Positions 26,656 through 37,090 of a stretch of 64,000 bases of DNA are shown in pieces. Every line of letters begins with the position of its first letter. Position 1 is the first letter of the stretch. A program made the position numbers and the translations under genes. The notes under the pieces are model-generated. The model was not told the DNA's origin. It saw nothing but the letters and a program-made list of their open reading frames with translations, and ran no database searches. This stretch comes from an uncultured Bacteroidales bacterium (GTDB lineage Bacteria > Bacteroidota > Bacteroidia > Bacteroidales > Bacteroidaceae): positions 171,962-235,961 of the forward strand of contig CADAJS010000001.1 in the NCBI GenBank assembly GCA_902788315.1, in the 5' to 3' direction.

Positions 26656-27087
26656 TCAGGGGAAATAATACTCGAGGGAAGCGGCGTCGTACTCGGGCTC
26701 GTGGTCAATGCCGTGCGAGCGGAACAGCTGTGCGACGCGCTCCTGCAGTACGGGCGTGATGACATAGCGCCCGTTTCGGTAGCGGTAGTATTGCGGCTGG
26801 CTGCCAAAGATGCCGTACAGCGCGTGGCGGAGAGCCATGAGTTTCTCGGGTGGCAGGCCGCGGAGCAGGTGCCGCATGCCACGCGCCATCCGGACCGGCT
26901 CTTTCGAGGCAAAGAGGCTGCAGCCGTCGCCCTGCAGGGCGCCGGGCAGCCCGGTGGCGTGCTGTGCGAGACCGACCGGAGCCAGCAGGCCGACGGCGTG
27001 GCGAAGACAGGATTCTGCCATCGGGCAGTCGTGTTGGAAACAGAGCGCCCAGTCATCGGGCGCGAGAGAGTAAGTGAGTTCTTGCAT
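26656..27087 (-). CDS. hypothetical protein (143 aa) upstream of and co-oriented with the VirE-family gene
   Basis: The ORF has a Cys/His-rich N-terminus (CFQHDCPMAESCLRH). A -7 box lies at 27134-27141. I did not recognise a family. Confidence 0.55.
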   Translation of the reverse strand: MQELTYSLAPDDWALCFQHDCPMAESCLRHAVGLLAPVGLAQHATGLPGALQGDGCSLFASKEPVRMARGMRHLLRGLPPEKLMALRHALYGIFGSQPQYYRYRNGRYVITPVLQERVAQLFRSHGIDHEPEYDAASLEYYFP

Positions 27088-27133
27088 TTCTTCTTCCTTT
27101 TTCAGATGTTACCATTACGTTCACATTTCTCTG

Positions 27134-27141
27134 CAAAGATA
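27134..27141 (-). promoter_or_regulatory. Bacteroidetes -7 box (TAtcTTTG) for the 143-aa / VirE operon
   Basis: The + strand CAAAGATA lies 47 nt upstream of the reverse-strand ATG at 27087. Confidence 0.5.
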
Positions 27142-27164
27142 CAAAAATAACGCCGAAAATGCAA

Positions 27165-27263
27165 GCAAAACCTACACTTTTTCGCCGAACCTACACAGAA
27201 ACATACACACAGATAAATCCGAGATAATAAAGCAAATAACCATTCCGAGTGTAGGTTTTGCAG
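27165..27263. repeat. cluster of CAAAACCTACAC / GTGTAGG motifs (right flank of the VirE module)
   Basis: GCAAAACCTACAC lies at 27165-27177 and CCTACAC at 27190-27196. GTGTAGGTTTTGCAG at 27249-27263 is the exact reverse complement of 24329-24343. Confidence 0.8.
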
Positions 27264-27383
27264 TTTTATTCAGGATAAATTTTACATGCATGGGATGCAA
27301 CTGACATCCCACACGCATCCGAACGATAGTCACAATAATGATTTATATGGGGACAATCATCCCCCTCGAAACTTGAAACAGAT

Positions 27384-28628
27384 ATGAAAAAAGTAATGCT
27401 TGTGTTTGGGACACGACCGGAGGCCATCAAGATGTGTCCGCTGGTGAAAGAGTTCCAGAAATATCCAGAACAGTTTGAAACGATTGTGTGCGTGACGGGA
27501 CAGCACCGCGAGATGCTGGATCAGGTGCTCACCATATTCGATGTGAAGCCCGACTTTGACCTGAATATTATGAAGCAGGGGCAGGACCTGTACGATGTCA
27601 CCGCTCGTGTCCTCACCGGTATGCGCGACGTGTTCAAAGAGTGCAAGCCCGATGTGGTGCTGGTGCACGGTGATACCACTACCAGTACTGCTGCAGCCTT
27701 GGCTGCCTTCTACCAGCAGATTCCCGTTGGTCATGTGGAAGCCGGCTTGCGCACACATAACATCTACAGTCCCTGGCCAGAAGAGATGAACCGCCAGATT
27801 ACGGGACGCATCGCCACCTACGACTTTGCCCCCACGCCGCTATCAGAAAAGAACTTGCAAGAGGAAAAAGCACAAGGCAAGATCTTCGTTACCGGCAATA
27901 CCGTCATTGATGCTCTCCACATGGTGGTGGAGAAACTAAAAAGCGACAAGGACCTGGCTAAAGAGCAAATCCATGTGCTTGCTGATGCAGGTTATGACGT
28001 GACTCGTCTGGACGAAGGCAAAAAGCTGGTCCTCATCACCGGCCATCGTCGCGAGAACTTTGGTGAAGGCTTTATCAGCATGGTTACCGCCATGAAAGAC
28101 CTCTCAGAGAAATACCCTGATGTCGATTTCGTCTATCCCATGCATCTTAACCCCAATGTGCGCAAACCCATCGCGCAGGTCTTTGGAGAAGAATATTTCC
28201 GTCAACGTGATGAACTAAAAACTATCAACGATCCACTGACTTTAAACTCTAAACTTTCCACTTTAAACTTCAGGAACGTGTTCCTGATCGAGCCATTGCA
28301 GTACTTAGAGTTCGTCTATCTGATGGAGAAGAGCACCGTGGTGCTGACCGACAGCGGTGGCATTCAGGAGGAAGCTCCTGGACTAGGTAAGCCTGTGCTG
28401 GTTATGCGCGACACCACCGAACGTCCTGAAGCCCTGAAGAGCGGCACCGTCCACCTCGTGGGCACTAATCACGACCTCATCGTCTCCGAGGTCAGCACCC
28501 TGCTTGATGATGCATCAGCTTATGAACGCATGTCCAAAGCCGTGAACCCTTACGGTGATGGCAAAGCTTGCTCACGCATAGTGCGTGCACTCAAAGGTGA
28601 AGAAGTTGAAAGATACGAAGTAAAATAA
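27384..28628 (+). CDS. wecB: UDP-N-acetylglucosamine 2-epimerase (non-hydrolysing)
   Basis: VFGTRPEAIKMCP, VLVHGDTTT, GHVEAGLRT and TDSGGIQEEAPGLGKPVLVMRDTTERPE are present. The gene contains an extra in-frame segment of about 26 aa at 28188-28274. Confidence 0.9.
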   Translation: MKKVMLVFGTRPEAIKMCPLVKEFQKYPEQFETIVCVTGQHREMLDQVLTIFDVKPDFDLNIMKQGQDLYDVTARVLTGMRDVFKECKPDVVLVHGDTTTSTAAALAAFYQQIPVGHVEAGLRTHNIYSPWPEEMNRQITGRIATYDFAPTPLSEKNLQEEKAQGKIFVTGNTVIDALHMVVEKLKSDKDLAKEQIHVLADAGYDVTRLDEGKKLVLITGHRRENFGEGFISMVTAMKDLSEKYPDVDFVYPMHLNPNVRKPIAQVFGEEYFRQRDELKTINDPLTLNSKLSTLNFRNVFLIEPLQYLEFVYLMEKSTVVLTDSGGIQEEAPGLGKPVLVMRDTTERPEALKSGTVHLVGTNHDLIVSEVSTLLDDASAYERMSKAVNPYGDGKACSRIVRALKGEEVERYEVK

Positions 28629-28643
28629 ATAACACATATACAA

Positions 28644-29867
28644 ATGATTAACGTAATTGGCTTAGGCTATATTGGCCTTCCTACGGCCCTTATGATGGCC
28701 TCCCACGGAGTGGAAGTAATCGGAACGGATTACAACAAAGAGTTAGTGGCAACCCTCAATGCTGGCAAGACCACCTTCAAGGAGGATGGCCTCGACGAAC
28801 TCTTCCAGGCCGCTGTAAAGGCGGGTATCAAGTTCACCACCGAGTACCAGAAGACAGATATGTATATTGTGTCTGTTCCCACTCCTTACGACAAGTTCAG
28901 CAAAAAGGTGGATGCTTGCTATGTGGTGGCTGCCGTGAAAGAAGTCATGAAGGTGTGCCCGAAGGGCGCTACCGTCGTCATCGAATCCACTGTCAGTCCC
29001 GGCACCATTGACAAGTTCGTGCGTCCTGTCATCGAGGCAAACGGCTTCCGTATTGGCGAAGACATCAACCTCGTACACGCCCCCGAGCGCATCATCCCCG
29101 GCAACATGGTTTACGAGCTGCTGCACAACAACCGTACCATTGGTGCAGACTCGAAGGCGATTGGCGAAAAGGTGAAGCAGTACTATGCTTCTTTCTGTCA
29201 GGGTGAAATTGTGGTTACCGACATCCGTACTGCAGAAATGACCAAGGTGGTAGAAAACACCTACCGGGCTGTGAATATTGCCTTTGCCAACGAGCTGTCG
29301 AGAATTTGCCGTCACGACAATATGGATGTGTATGAGATTATCAAGATATGCAACATGCACCCCCGTGTGAACATTCTGCAGCCCGGCCCTGGCGTGGGCG
29401 GTCACTGCATCTCTGTTGATCCTTGGTTCTTGGTAGGTGACTATCCCCAGCTGGCCAAGGTGATTGACGAGAGTATGAAGACCAACGACTACCAGCCCGT
29501 GTTCGTTCTCGAACGGATTCACGAAATCATGGAAAAACATGGAATTACGGATAATCGGAAGGTTGGATTATACGGATTGACCTACAAGGAGAACGTGGAC
29601 GACATCCGCGAGAGCCCCACACTCCAGATGCTCGACATCCAGGAGCGCCACCTCGCCCGTCCGCTCAAGACCTTCGACCCCTTCTTCACCGAGAAAGAAA
29701 TTGTCAAGAACCAGATTCTCGACTTCGACCAGTTCCTCGATGAGGTAGATATGATAGTCATCATGGTCAAGCACGACCATATCAAACAGAATTGGGATAA
29801 GCTGAAGGGCAAAGTAATTCTGGATTGCCACAATATCTGTCCGTTAGAGGGAGTTTATCACATATAA
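28644..29867 (+). CDS. wecC: UDP-N-acetyl-D-mannosamine dehydrogenase
   Basis: The NAD-binding motif is VIGLGYIGLPTA. This is the UDP-glucose/GDP-mannose dehydrogenase family, with the catalytic Cys in GPGVGGHCISVDP. The gene lies directly after wecB. Confidence 0.9.
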   Translation: MINVIGLGYIGLPTALMMASHGVEVIGTDYNKELVATLNAGKTTFKEDGLDELFQAAVKAGIKFTTEYQKTDMYIVSVPTPYDKFSKKVDACYVVAAVKEVMKVCPKGATVVIESTVSPGTIDKFVRPVIEANGFRIGEDINLVHAPERIIPGNMVYELLHNNRTIGADSKAIGEKVKQYYASFCQGEIVVTDIRTAEMTKVVENTYRAVNIAFANELSRICRHDNMDVYEIIKICNMHPRVNILQPGPGVGGHCISVDPWFLVGDYPQLAKVIDESMKTNDYQPVFVLERIHEIMEKHGITDNRKVGLYGLTYKENVDDIRESPTLQMLDIQERHLARPLKTFDPFFTEKEIVKNQILDFDQFLDEVDMIVIMVKHDHIKQNWDKLKGKVILDCHNICPLEGVYHI

Positions 29868-29882
29868 AATCTAACATCTAAC

Positions 29883-29925
29883 GATTGCCACAATATCTGT
29901 CTATTGTAGGGAGTGTATCGTATCT
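29883..29925 (+). pseudogene. degenerate duplicate of the wecC 3' end (recombination scar)
   Basis: GATTGCCACAATATCTGTC (29883-29901) is identical to 29823-29841 inside wecC and then diverges. It sits exactly at the switch to AT-rich DNA. Confidence 0.55.
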
Positions 29926-30139
29926 AAACGCTGGTCCGCTGGTACAAACAGTAGAAGAAATATTGCTCAAATATTTGGAAGTCTCGTATCCCCCAAAAAG
30001 TCTGGGATGAGAATTGGTGGATAATACATCTTACGTCTGCCATCTTACAACAGGCATCAAACAAAACGGGAATTACCGCTGGTTTCTTAAAAAAAAATGG
30101 TCTCTTAAAAGTATAAAAGAGACTTGACATTTAATAAAA

Positions 30140-30889
30140 ATGAACATAGGAATAATTATTCAGGCCCGATTGGGATCTACTCGTTTACCCGGTAAGATTT
30201 TGAAGCCGTTTTATGGGGATAAAACATTGCTGGAAATAGTAATCAGTAATATGCAGAAAGCTGGGGAAGCAAAGATCATTGTGGCAACCTCAGTTAATCC
30301 TAATAATGATAAGTTAGAGACATTCCTCAATGAACGTAATATAACAGTCTTTAGAGGCTCTGAGGATGATGTGCTTAGTCGTTTTATTGGAACGGCTGAA
30401 ACAAATGGTGTAGATGGCATAGTTCGTATTTGCTCTGACAATCCATTTTTGGATTGGCATGGTGTAACAGCACTCATTGAAAAGGCTAAGACCTGCGATG
30501 CTGACTATATAGGATATAGGATAAACAATACCCCTTCTATTAAAACACATTTTGGATTCTGGGGCGAGTTTGTTACGTTAGATGCCCTTAAACGTGTGGC
30601 AGCAGCTACAGATGAAAAGTCGGCCCATGAACATGTGACAATCTATATCTATACGCATCCTGACGAATACAAATGTGAGTGGATTGAGTGTCCTGAGTAT
30701 TTACAGGGGCGGAACAATATCCGTCTTACTGTGGATAACCTCGAGGACTTTGAAAATGCACAGAAGGTTTACACGGTCCTGTACGAAAATAATCCCGATT
30801 TTGGTTTGGAGGATGTCGTAAATTGCATTGATAAACATGCAGAGTTGCGTGACTCGATGAAACAAATGATAGAGAATAATCAAAAATAA
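30140..30889 (+). CDS. cytidylyltransferase-family protein (SpsF / acylneuraminate cytidylyltransferase-like)
   Basis: IIIQARLGSTRLPGKILKP and RGSEDDVLSRF are hallmarks of the CMP-sugar synthetase-like SpsF group. Confidence 0.75.
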   Translation: MNIGIIIQARLGSTRLPGKILKPFYGDKTLLEIVISNMQKAGEAKIIVATSVNPNNDKLETFLNERNITVFRGSEDDVLSRFIGTAETNGVDGIVRICSDNPFLDWHGVTALIEKAKTCDADYIGYRINNTPSIKTHFGFWGEFVTLDALKRVAAATDEKSAHEHVTIYIYTHPDEYKCEWIECPEYLQGRNNIRLTVDNLEDFENAQKVYTVLYENNPDFGLEDVVNCIDKHAELRDSMKQMIENNQK

Positions 30890-30897
30890 ATAATGTC

Positions 30898-32459
<1,562 letters not shown>

Positions 32460-32806
32460 TTCCGCGTTATAAGTAGCCATTACACACTTCGTTAAGCAAT
32501 GCCACCATTTCTGGACGAACAGGTTTGTAAATCGCGAGCGTTAAAGAGTATGGAAGAACGTTTTATTATTATAATTGAAAGATGTTGGAAAGCCGAGCAT
32601 CTTTATTGTCTTTCGTAATTATCTGGATTGTTAGAGCGTTTTTCCAAAATATTATGATAATAGAATGAATACATATAGAGAATTATTGTGGCTACTGCTT
32701 CATCTATAACCGATAACTAGGCTGGGATACTACAGCAGTTTGCTTTGTATATAGAGTATACCATAAAAAGATTGAGATCTGTATAAATAATATTGAAGTG
32801 ATATAA

Positions 32807-34084
32807 ATGATAAATGATAATAAGATTAGGAATTTTGTATCAAAGAATAAGCTTCTGATAGAGAATATGTCATATTTATCTTTGTTAGAGGTATTTATAA
32901 TGGTCGCCCCCCTATTAACTTATCCCTATCTTGTTAGGGTTCTAGGTTTGGAGCTTTATGGCTTTATTATTACAGCTCAAGCTCTAGCGAGTTATGCTTC
33001 AAAAATAATAGATTTTGGTTCCAACAAGGTTTGCGCTAAACATGTTGCGATAAATAGAGGTAATGAGTGCAGATTAAGTGAAATATTCAATTCTGTGTTG
33101 ATTATTAGAATTTCTTTGTGTCTTATTTGTTTCCTTATATATCTTTTTGTCGTTCTATTAGTAGATTTATATCGAAATTATCTATTGCTTTTTATACTTT
33201 CATATGGATTGACATTCAACGAAGTGTTGTTTCCTCAGTATTTTTTTCAGGGAATGGAAAAGATGCGATATTCTTCGCTAATTAACATATTGATAAAGCT
33301 ATTGTTTATTGTTCTAGTTTTTTTTGTTGTAAAAAATGAAGGTGATTATTTATTGGTACCAGTTATGTATTCTATAGGCTATATCATTGCAGGGCTTATT
33401 TCTTTGTATATTGTATATAAAAAAATGGGGCTTAATTTCTATTTTCCAAAAATGAAAGAAATGAGTGTTTATTTCAAGGATTCTATGCCAATATTTGCTA
33501 CAGACATGATCTGTTTAGTTAAAGATAAGCTAAGCTATTTTATTATGGGGCCTTATGCGGGTATGAGCAATGTGGTTCTATATGATTTAGGATTAAAAAT
33601 TAATTCTTTATTAGTAAAACCTGTACAGATAATTTCAATGGCAATTTTCCCTCAGTCAGCAAGAATTAAGGAGAAAAAAAGAATTAAAAAAATCCTATAT
33701 GTGGTATCTATACTATCCATATCAATTGTTCTTATGGCAAATGTGTTTTTGAAACCTATTGTAGAATTCTTTATTGCAAACCAAGATGTTAATCTGCTTC
33801 CCATACGAATTTTTACTCTTGCACCTATTTTTTTATCTGTTAGTACGTTTTTAAGTTCTAATATTTTTGTTGCATGGGGTTATAATAAATATATGCTTTA
33901 CAGTATTATCATTACAGTACTAGTATATGTAATAACTCTCATACTCGTATTTATGTCAGGACATATAGCCAGCATGTACGCCTTCGTCTTAATTGCATTA
34001 GTTTCATATTTTGTTGAGCTCATTTATAGAATAATAATAAGTGCTATAATTGTTAATTTGGAATCAAAGAAACAAGGCGCATGA
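32807..34084 (+). CDS. wzx: Wzx-type polysaccharide flippase (MOP superfamily)
   Basis: The protein is 425 aa with about 12 TM segments and the typical polysaccharide-biosynthesis-protein N-terminus. Its coding DNA is AT-rich. Confidence 0.75.
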   Translation: MINDNKIRNFVSKNKLLIENMSYLSLLEVFIMVAPLLTYPYLVRVLGLELYGFIITAQALASYASKIIDFGSNKVCAKHVAINRGNECRLSEIFNSVLIIRISLCLICFLIYLFVVLLVDLYRNYLLLFILSYGLTFNEVLFPQYFFQGMEKMRYSSLINILIKLLFIVLVFFVVKNEGDYLLVPVMYSIGYIIAGLISLYIVYKKMGLNFYFPKMKEMSVYFKDSMPIFATDMICLVKDKLSYFIMGPYAGMSNVVLYDLGLKINSLLVKPVQIISMAIFPQSARIKEKKRIKKILYVVSILSISIVLMANVFLKPIVEFFIANQDVNLLPIRIFTLAPIFLSVSTFLSSNIFVAWGYNKYMLYSIIITVLVYVITLILVFMSGHIASMYAFVLIALVSYFVELIYRIIISAIIVNLESKKQGA

Positions 34085-34096
34085 AAAGAAGAAAAT

Positions 34097-35224
34097 ATGT
34101 ATATATCTTCGGCTATTTTCTATTTTTTTGTTATTTCTATTGTTTACACTCTCATCAAAAGAGGTGAGCAAATTAAATCTAACCAGTTAATAATAACATC
34201 ATATGTTATTTTATGGTTAATAACAATCATTCGATTTGATATAGGTAATGATTATGACAATTACATGACTCTTATCGATTATCATATACAATTATTTAAT
34301 CAAAACTTCACTCCTCTTGCGGCTTATAATTATTTTGATGGAAGAACAGAATTATCTCTAAGTGTATTTACATATGTTTTCCGATGGACACATACTCCAT
34401 TTTTTTGGGTTATAGCTTTTTATTCCACATTATTTTATATTTTTATTTTTCTGACTTTTGACTCCTACAAATCTCATTCCACAGGAGTCTTATTATTCTT
34501 TATCAGTGGATTTATGTTTTGTTCTTGGGATTGGATTAGGCAAGGCCTTTCGATTATAATTGTTCTTTATTCTTTTTCGTGTTTGCAAAATAAAAAAATA
34601 ATTATCTACTTCTTATGTATTGGGTTAGCTTTTTTTATACACTACTCTGCATTAGTCGGTTTGCTATTTATCTTATTAGATAGATTTAATATTAAGAATA
34701 GAATCGCAATATTATTTTTATTGACTATTTTATTATTGTACATTTTTAATGCATTTAATAATACCGTAGAGAAAACGGGCCTTTATTTTAGATATCTTGG
34801 GGGGTATGACACATATACAGATACAGAAGCAACGGTAAGAACATTTTCATCCTGGAATTATAAATTAAGAACGATCACTTATACTATGTTGTGGATAAGT
34901 ATGATATTTTCTTTGCCTTATGACTCAAAACTTGAAAAAAATGCATTAATTCTTGGAGCAGTTATTTTTATCATTGGATCCGGAAGCCTTGTATTTACAA
35001 GAATTTCATGGTATTTTATAGTTCCATCTTTCTGCTTGCTTAAGGATGTTCTAAAGAATAATCATGGTGTTAGAAACATTGTTATTGCTTTAATGTTGGT
35101 TATGAGTGGTTTATTATTTCGTGACATTGCAATAAATAAAAATTGTAGAGGTTGTTCTCCTTACGAAACAATCTTTTCTGATGAATTCAAGACTCAACGA
35201 TTGAGAATTTCTGATAGACAATAG
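34097..35224 (+). CDS. wzy: EpsG-family / Wzy-type polysaccharide polymerase
   Basis: The protein is polytopic and highly hydrophobic (375 aa). It follows wzx and has the aromatic-rich loops typical of EpsG/Wzy proteins. Confidence 0.65.
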   Translation: MYISSAIFYFFVISIVYTLIKRGEQIKSNQLIITSYVILWLITIIRFDIGNDYDNYMTLIDYHIQLFNQNFTPLAAYNYFDGRTELSLSVFTYVFRWTHTPFFWVIAFYSTLFYIFIFLTFDSYKSHSTGVLLFFISGFMFCSWDWIRQGLSIIIVLYSFSCLQNKKIIIYFLCIGLAFFIHYSALVGLLFILLDRFNIKNRIAILFLLTILLLYIFNAFNNTVEKTGLYFRYLGGYDTYTDTEATVRTFSSWNYKLRTITYTMLWISMIFSLPYDSKLEKNALILGAVIFIIGSGSLVFTRISWYFIVPSFCLLKDVLKNNHGVRNIVIALMLVMSGLLFRDIAINKNCRGCSPYETIFSDEFKTQRLRISDRQ

Positions 35225-35260
35225 CATAATAATAAGAAGAATAACTAAAAATGAAAGAAT

Positions 35261-36478
35261 ATGAAAGAAGTTCATATTATTAAGTCTGGTTCTCTTAGAG
35301 CCACAATTGGGCCAATTGGAACAATACGAAGGATCTTAAGTTCTCGTTTGTTTTTGAATGAGAAAGGCTATGATGTTAAGTTGTTTTCAGGGAATAAAAT
35401 GATAGACCGATTTCCAACATTTACAGAAAAAAATGACACAACAACAAAGAAGAGAAGGCTAAAATTGTTTTTGGATAATTTAGCAAAGAAATGGTTTCTT
35501 TTAGCTGTAATACTGATAGAATATAAATGGGTGACACACAAATTTTTCATAAAAAAATACCATAAGCTTAATCAGCCTTGTGATATTGCAGTATTTCATG
35601 CAGAATTGGAGTGTTATTACTTTCTAAAAAAGCAGACAAAAAGGAAAAAGAAGACCAAAACCGTGCTCTTCTTTCATAATGACGGAATTCCACTTCAAAT
35701 GTATTTGATATATTATCCGTGTATTGCTAATAGCTGGTATTACCGCGTACTGATGAAAAGATTTGAATATACACTGAGGAATGTTGATGGCTGTGCTTTT
35801 ATTTGCAGAGTTGGCATGGAGAATATCATCAATAGGTATTCATTTGTAAGGGAAAAGTCTTATCTAATAGTTAATGGTATAACTGATCTCAACGAAAGTG
35901 ATTTGGCCGATGCTACAATTATTAGAACATCTGCAGACAAGACAAAACTAAAACTTGTCACTGTCGGTTCTGTTTCTATAAGGAAAGGGCAGCGATATAT
36001 AATTGAGGCAATCAGCAAACTTCCTCATAATGTTCGAGACAGAATTCACCTACACATCGTGGGCGATGGACCTGACTGCCAGTACTGCAAGCAGAAGGTT
36101 GAAAGCGGGGGACTAAATAGTTTAGTTACATTTTGGGGGGGGATCCTTAATTCAGAAGTTTATAAAGTATTAGCAGAATCTGATGTTTTTGTTTTATTAA
36201 GTTCGAATGAAGGTCTTCCGATATCTATTATCGAGGCAATGCGAGGAGGGTTGCCAATTATATCTACTGATGTATCTGGCATACCTGAATTAGTATCATA
36301 TAATAATGGTGTCATATTAGATAGCTCAAATCGAGCAGATAGTTTCTATAATCTTCTGATAAATAGTAGTCAATTTGATTGGAAAACTATGGGACATAAT
36401 TCACGTAAGGCCTATGAGGAATGGTATACATTCGACAGAATGTTAAATAAATATGTTAGCATGTTAAACTCAATGTAG
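35261..36478 (+). CDS. glycosyltransferase family 4 (GT-B)
   Basis: The C-terminal E-x7-E region reads SNEGLPISIIEAMRGGLPIISTDVSGIPELV. Confidence 0.85.
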   Translation: MKEVHIIKSGSLRATIGPIGTIRRILSSRLFLNEKGYDVKLFSGNKMIDRFPTFTEKNDTTTKKRRLKLFLDNLAKKWFLLAVILIEYKWVTHKFFIKKYHKLNQPCDIAVFHAELECYYFLKKQTKRKKKTKTVLFFHNDGIPLQMYLIYYPCIANSWYYRVLMKRFEYTLRNVDGCAFICRVGMENIINRYSFVREKSYLIVNGITDLNESDLADATIIRTSADKTKLKLVTVGSVSIRKGQRYIIEAISKLPHNVRDRIHLHIVGDGPDCQYCKQKVESGGLNSLVTFWGGILNSEVYKVLAESDVFVLLSSNEGLPISIIEAMRGGLPIISTDVSGIPELVSYNNGVILDSSNRADSFYNLLINSSQFDWKTMGHNSRKAYEEWYTFDRMLNKYVSMLNSM

Positions 36479-36575
36479 TCAAAATCCATTTAATTTATAC
36501 TGTTATCGTTCTATATAAGAGTAGAATGTTTTTACACAGAACAAATACTCAACCTGTTTTCCAAAGACAACATAT

Positions 36576-37088
36576 ATGAGCATTTCTAAATTCTTAAAAA
36601 AGATTGTAAGGGAAGTTTTATATAAAATTCCATTCAAAAGGCAGGTAGTAAAATACGGCAATGATATGAATATCAATCATTTTTCCTATATTTCAACAAA
36701 TGCAGAGGTGTATATTGGAGATAATTGTAATATTAATGGTCTCAAAGTATTAGGGAAAGGCAAAGTTACTATTGGAGACAATTTCCATTGCGGCGAAGGG
36801 CTTTTGATTATGCTTGGATCCCATGAGTACGATAATGATGATTATATCCCATATGGCGAAAAACTTACGAGTAAAGAAGTCGTTATTTGTGATAATGTAT
36901 GGTTGGGACGCGATGTGACGGTTTCTGGTAATGTCAAAATTGGAGAAGGGGCAATTGCCGCGACAAGAGCTGTTATTGTAAAAGATGTTCCGCCATGCGC
37001 GATAGTTGGAGGTAATCCTGCGAAAATAATAAAGTTCCGTAATAAGGAGCACTATTATCATCTGAAGGAGTTGAAAAAATTTCATTAA
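36576..37088 (+). CDS. hexapeptide-repeat (LbH) O-acetyltransferase
   Basis: Left-handed beta-helix repeats read IGDNCNINGL...IGDNFHCGEGL...ICDNVWLGRDVTVSGNVKIGEGAIAA...VGGNPAKI. Confidence 0.8.
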   Translation: MSISKFLKKIVREVLYKIPFKRQVVKYGNDMNINHFSYISTNAEVYIGDNCNINGLKVLGKGKVTIGDNFHCGEGLLIMLGSHEYDNDDYIPYGEKLTSKEVVICDNVWLGRDVTVSGNVKIGEGAIAATRAVIVKDVPPCAIVGGNPAKIIKFRNKEHYYHLKELKKFH

Positions 37089-37090
37089 TC

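Noticed and set aside
29924-30130. A 68-aa reverse-strand ORF lies in the wecC/spsF-like gap.
   Set aside because: It has no promoter box or signal. Its composition is Phe/Lys-rich, as is typical of AT-rich non-coding DNA. It lies in a recombination seam.
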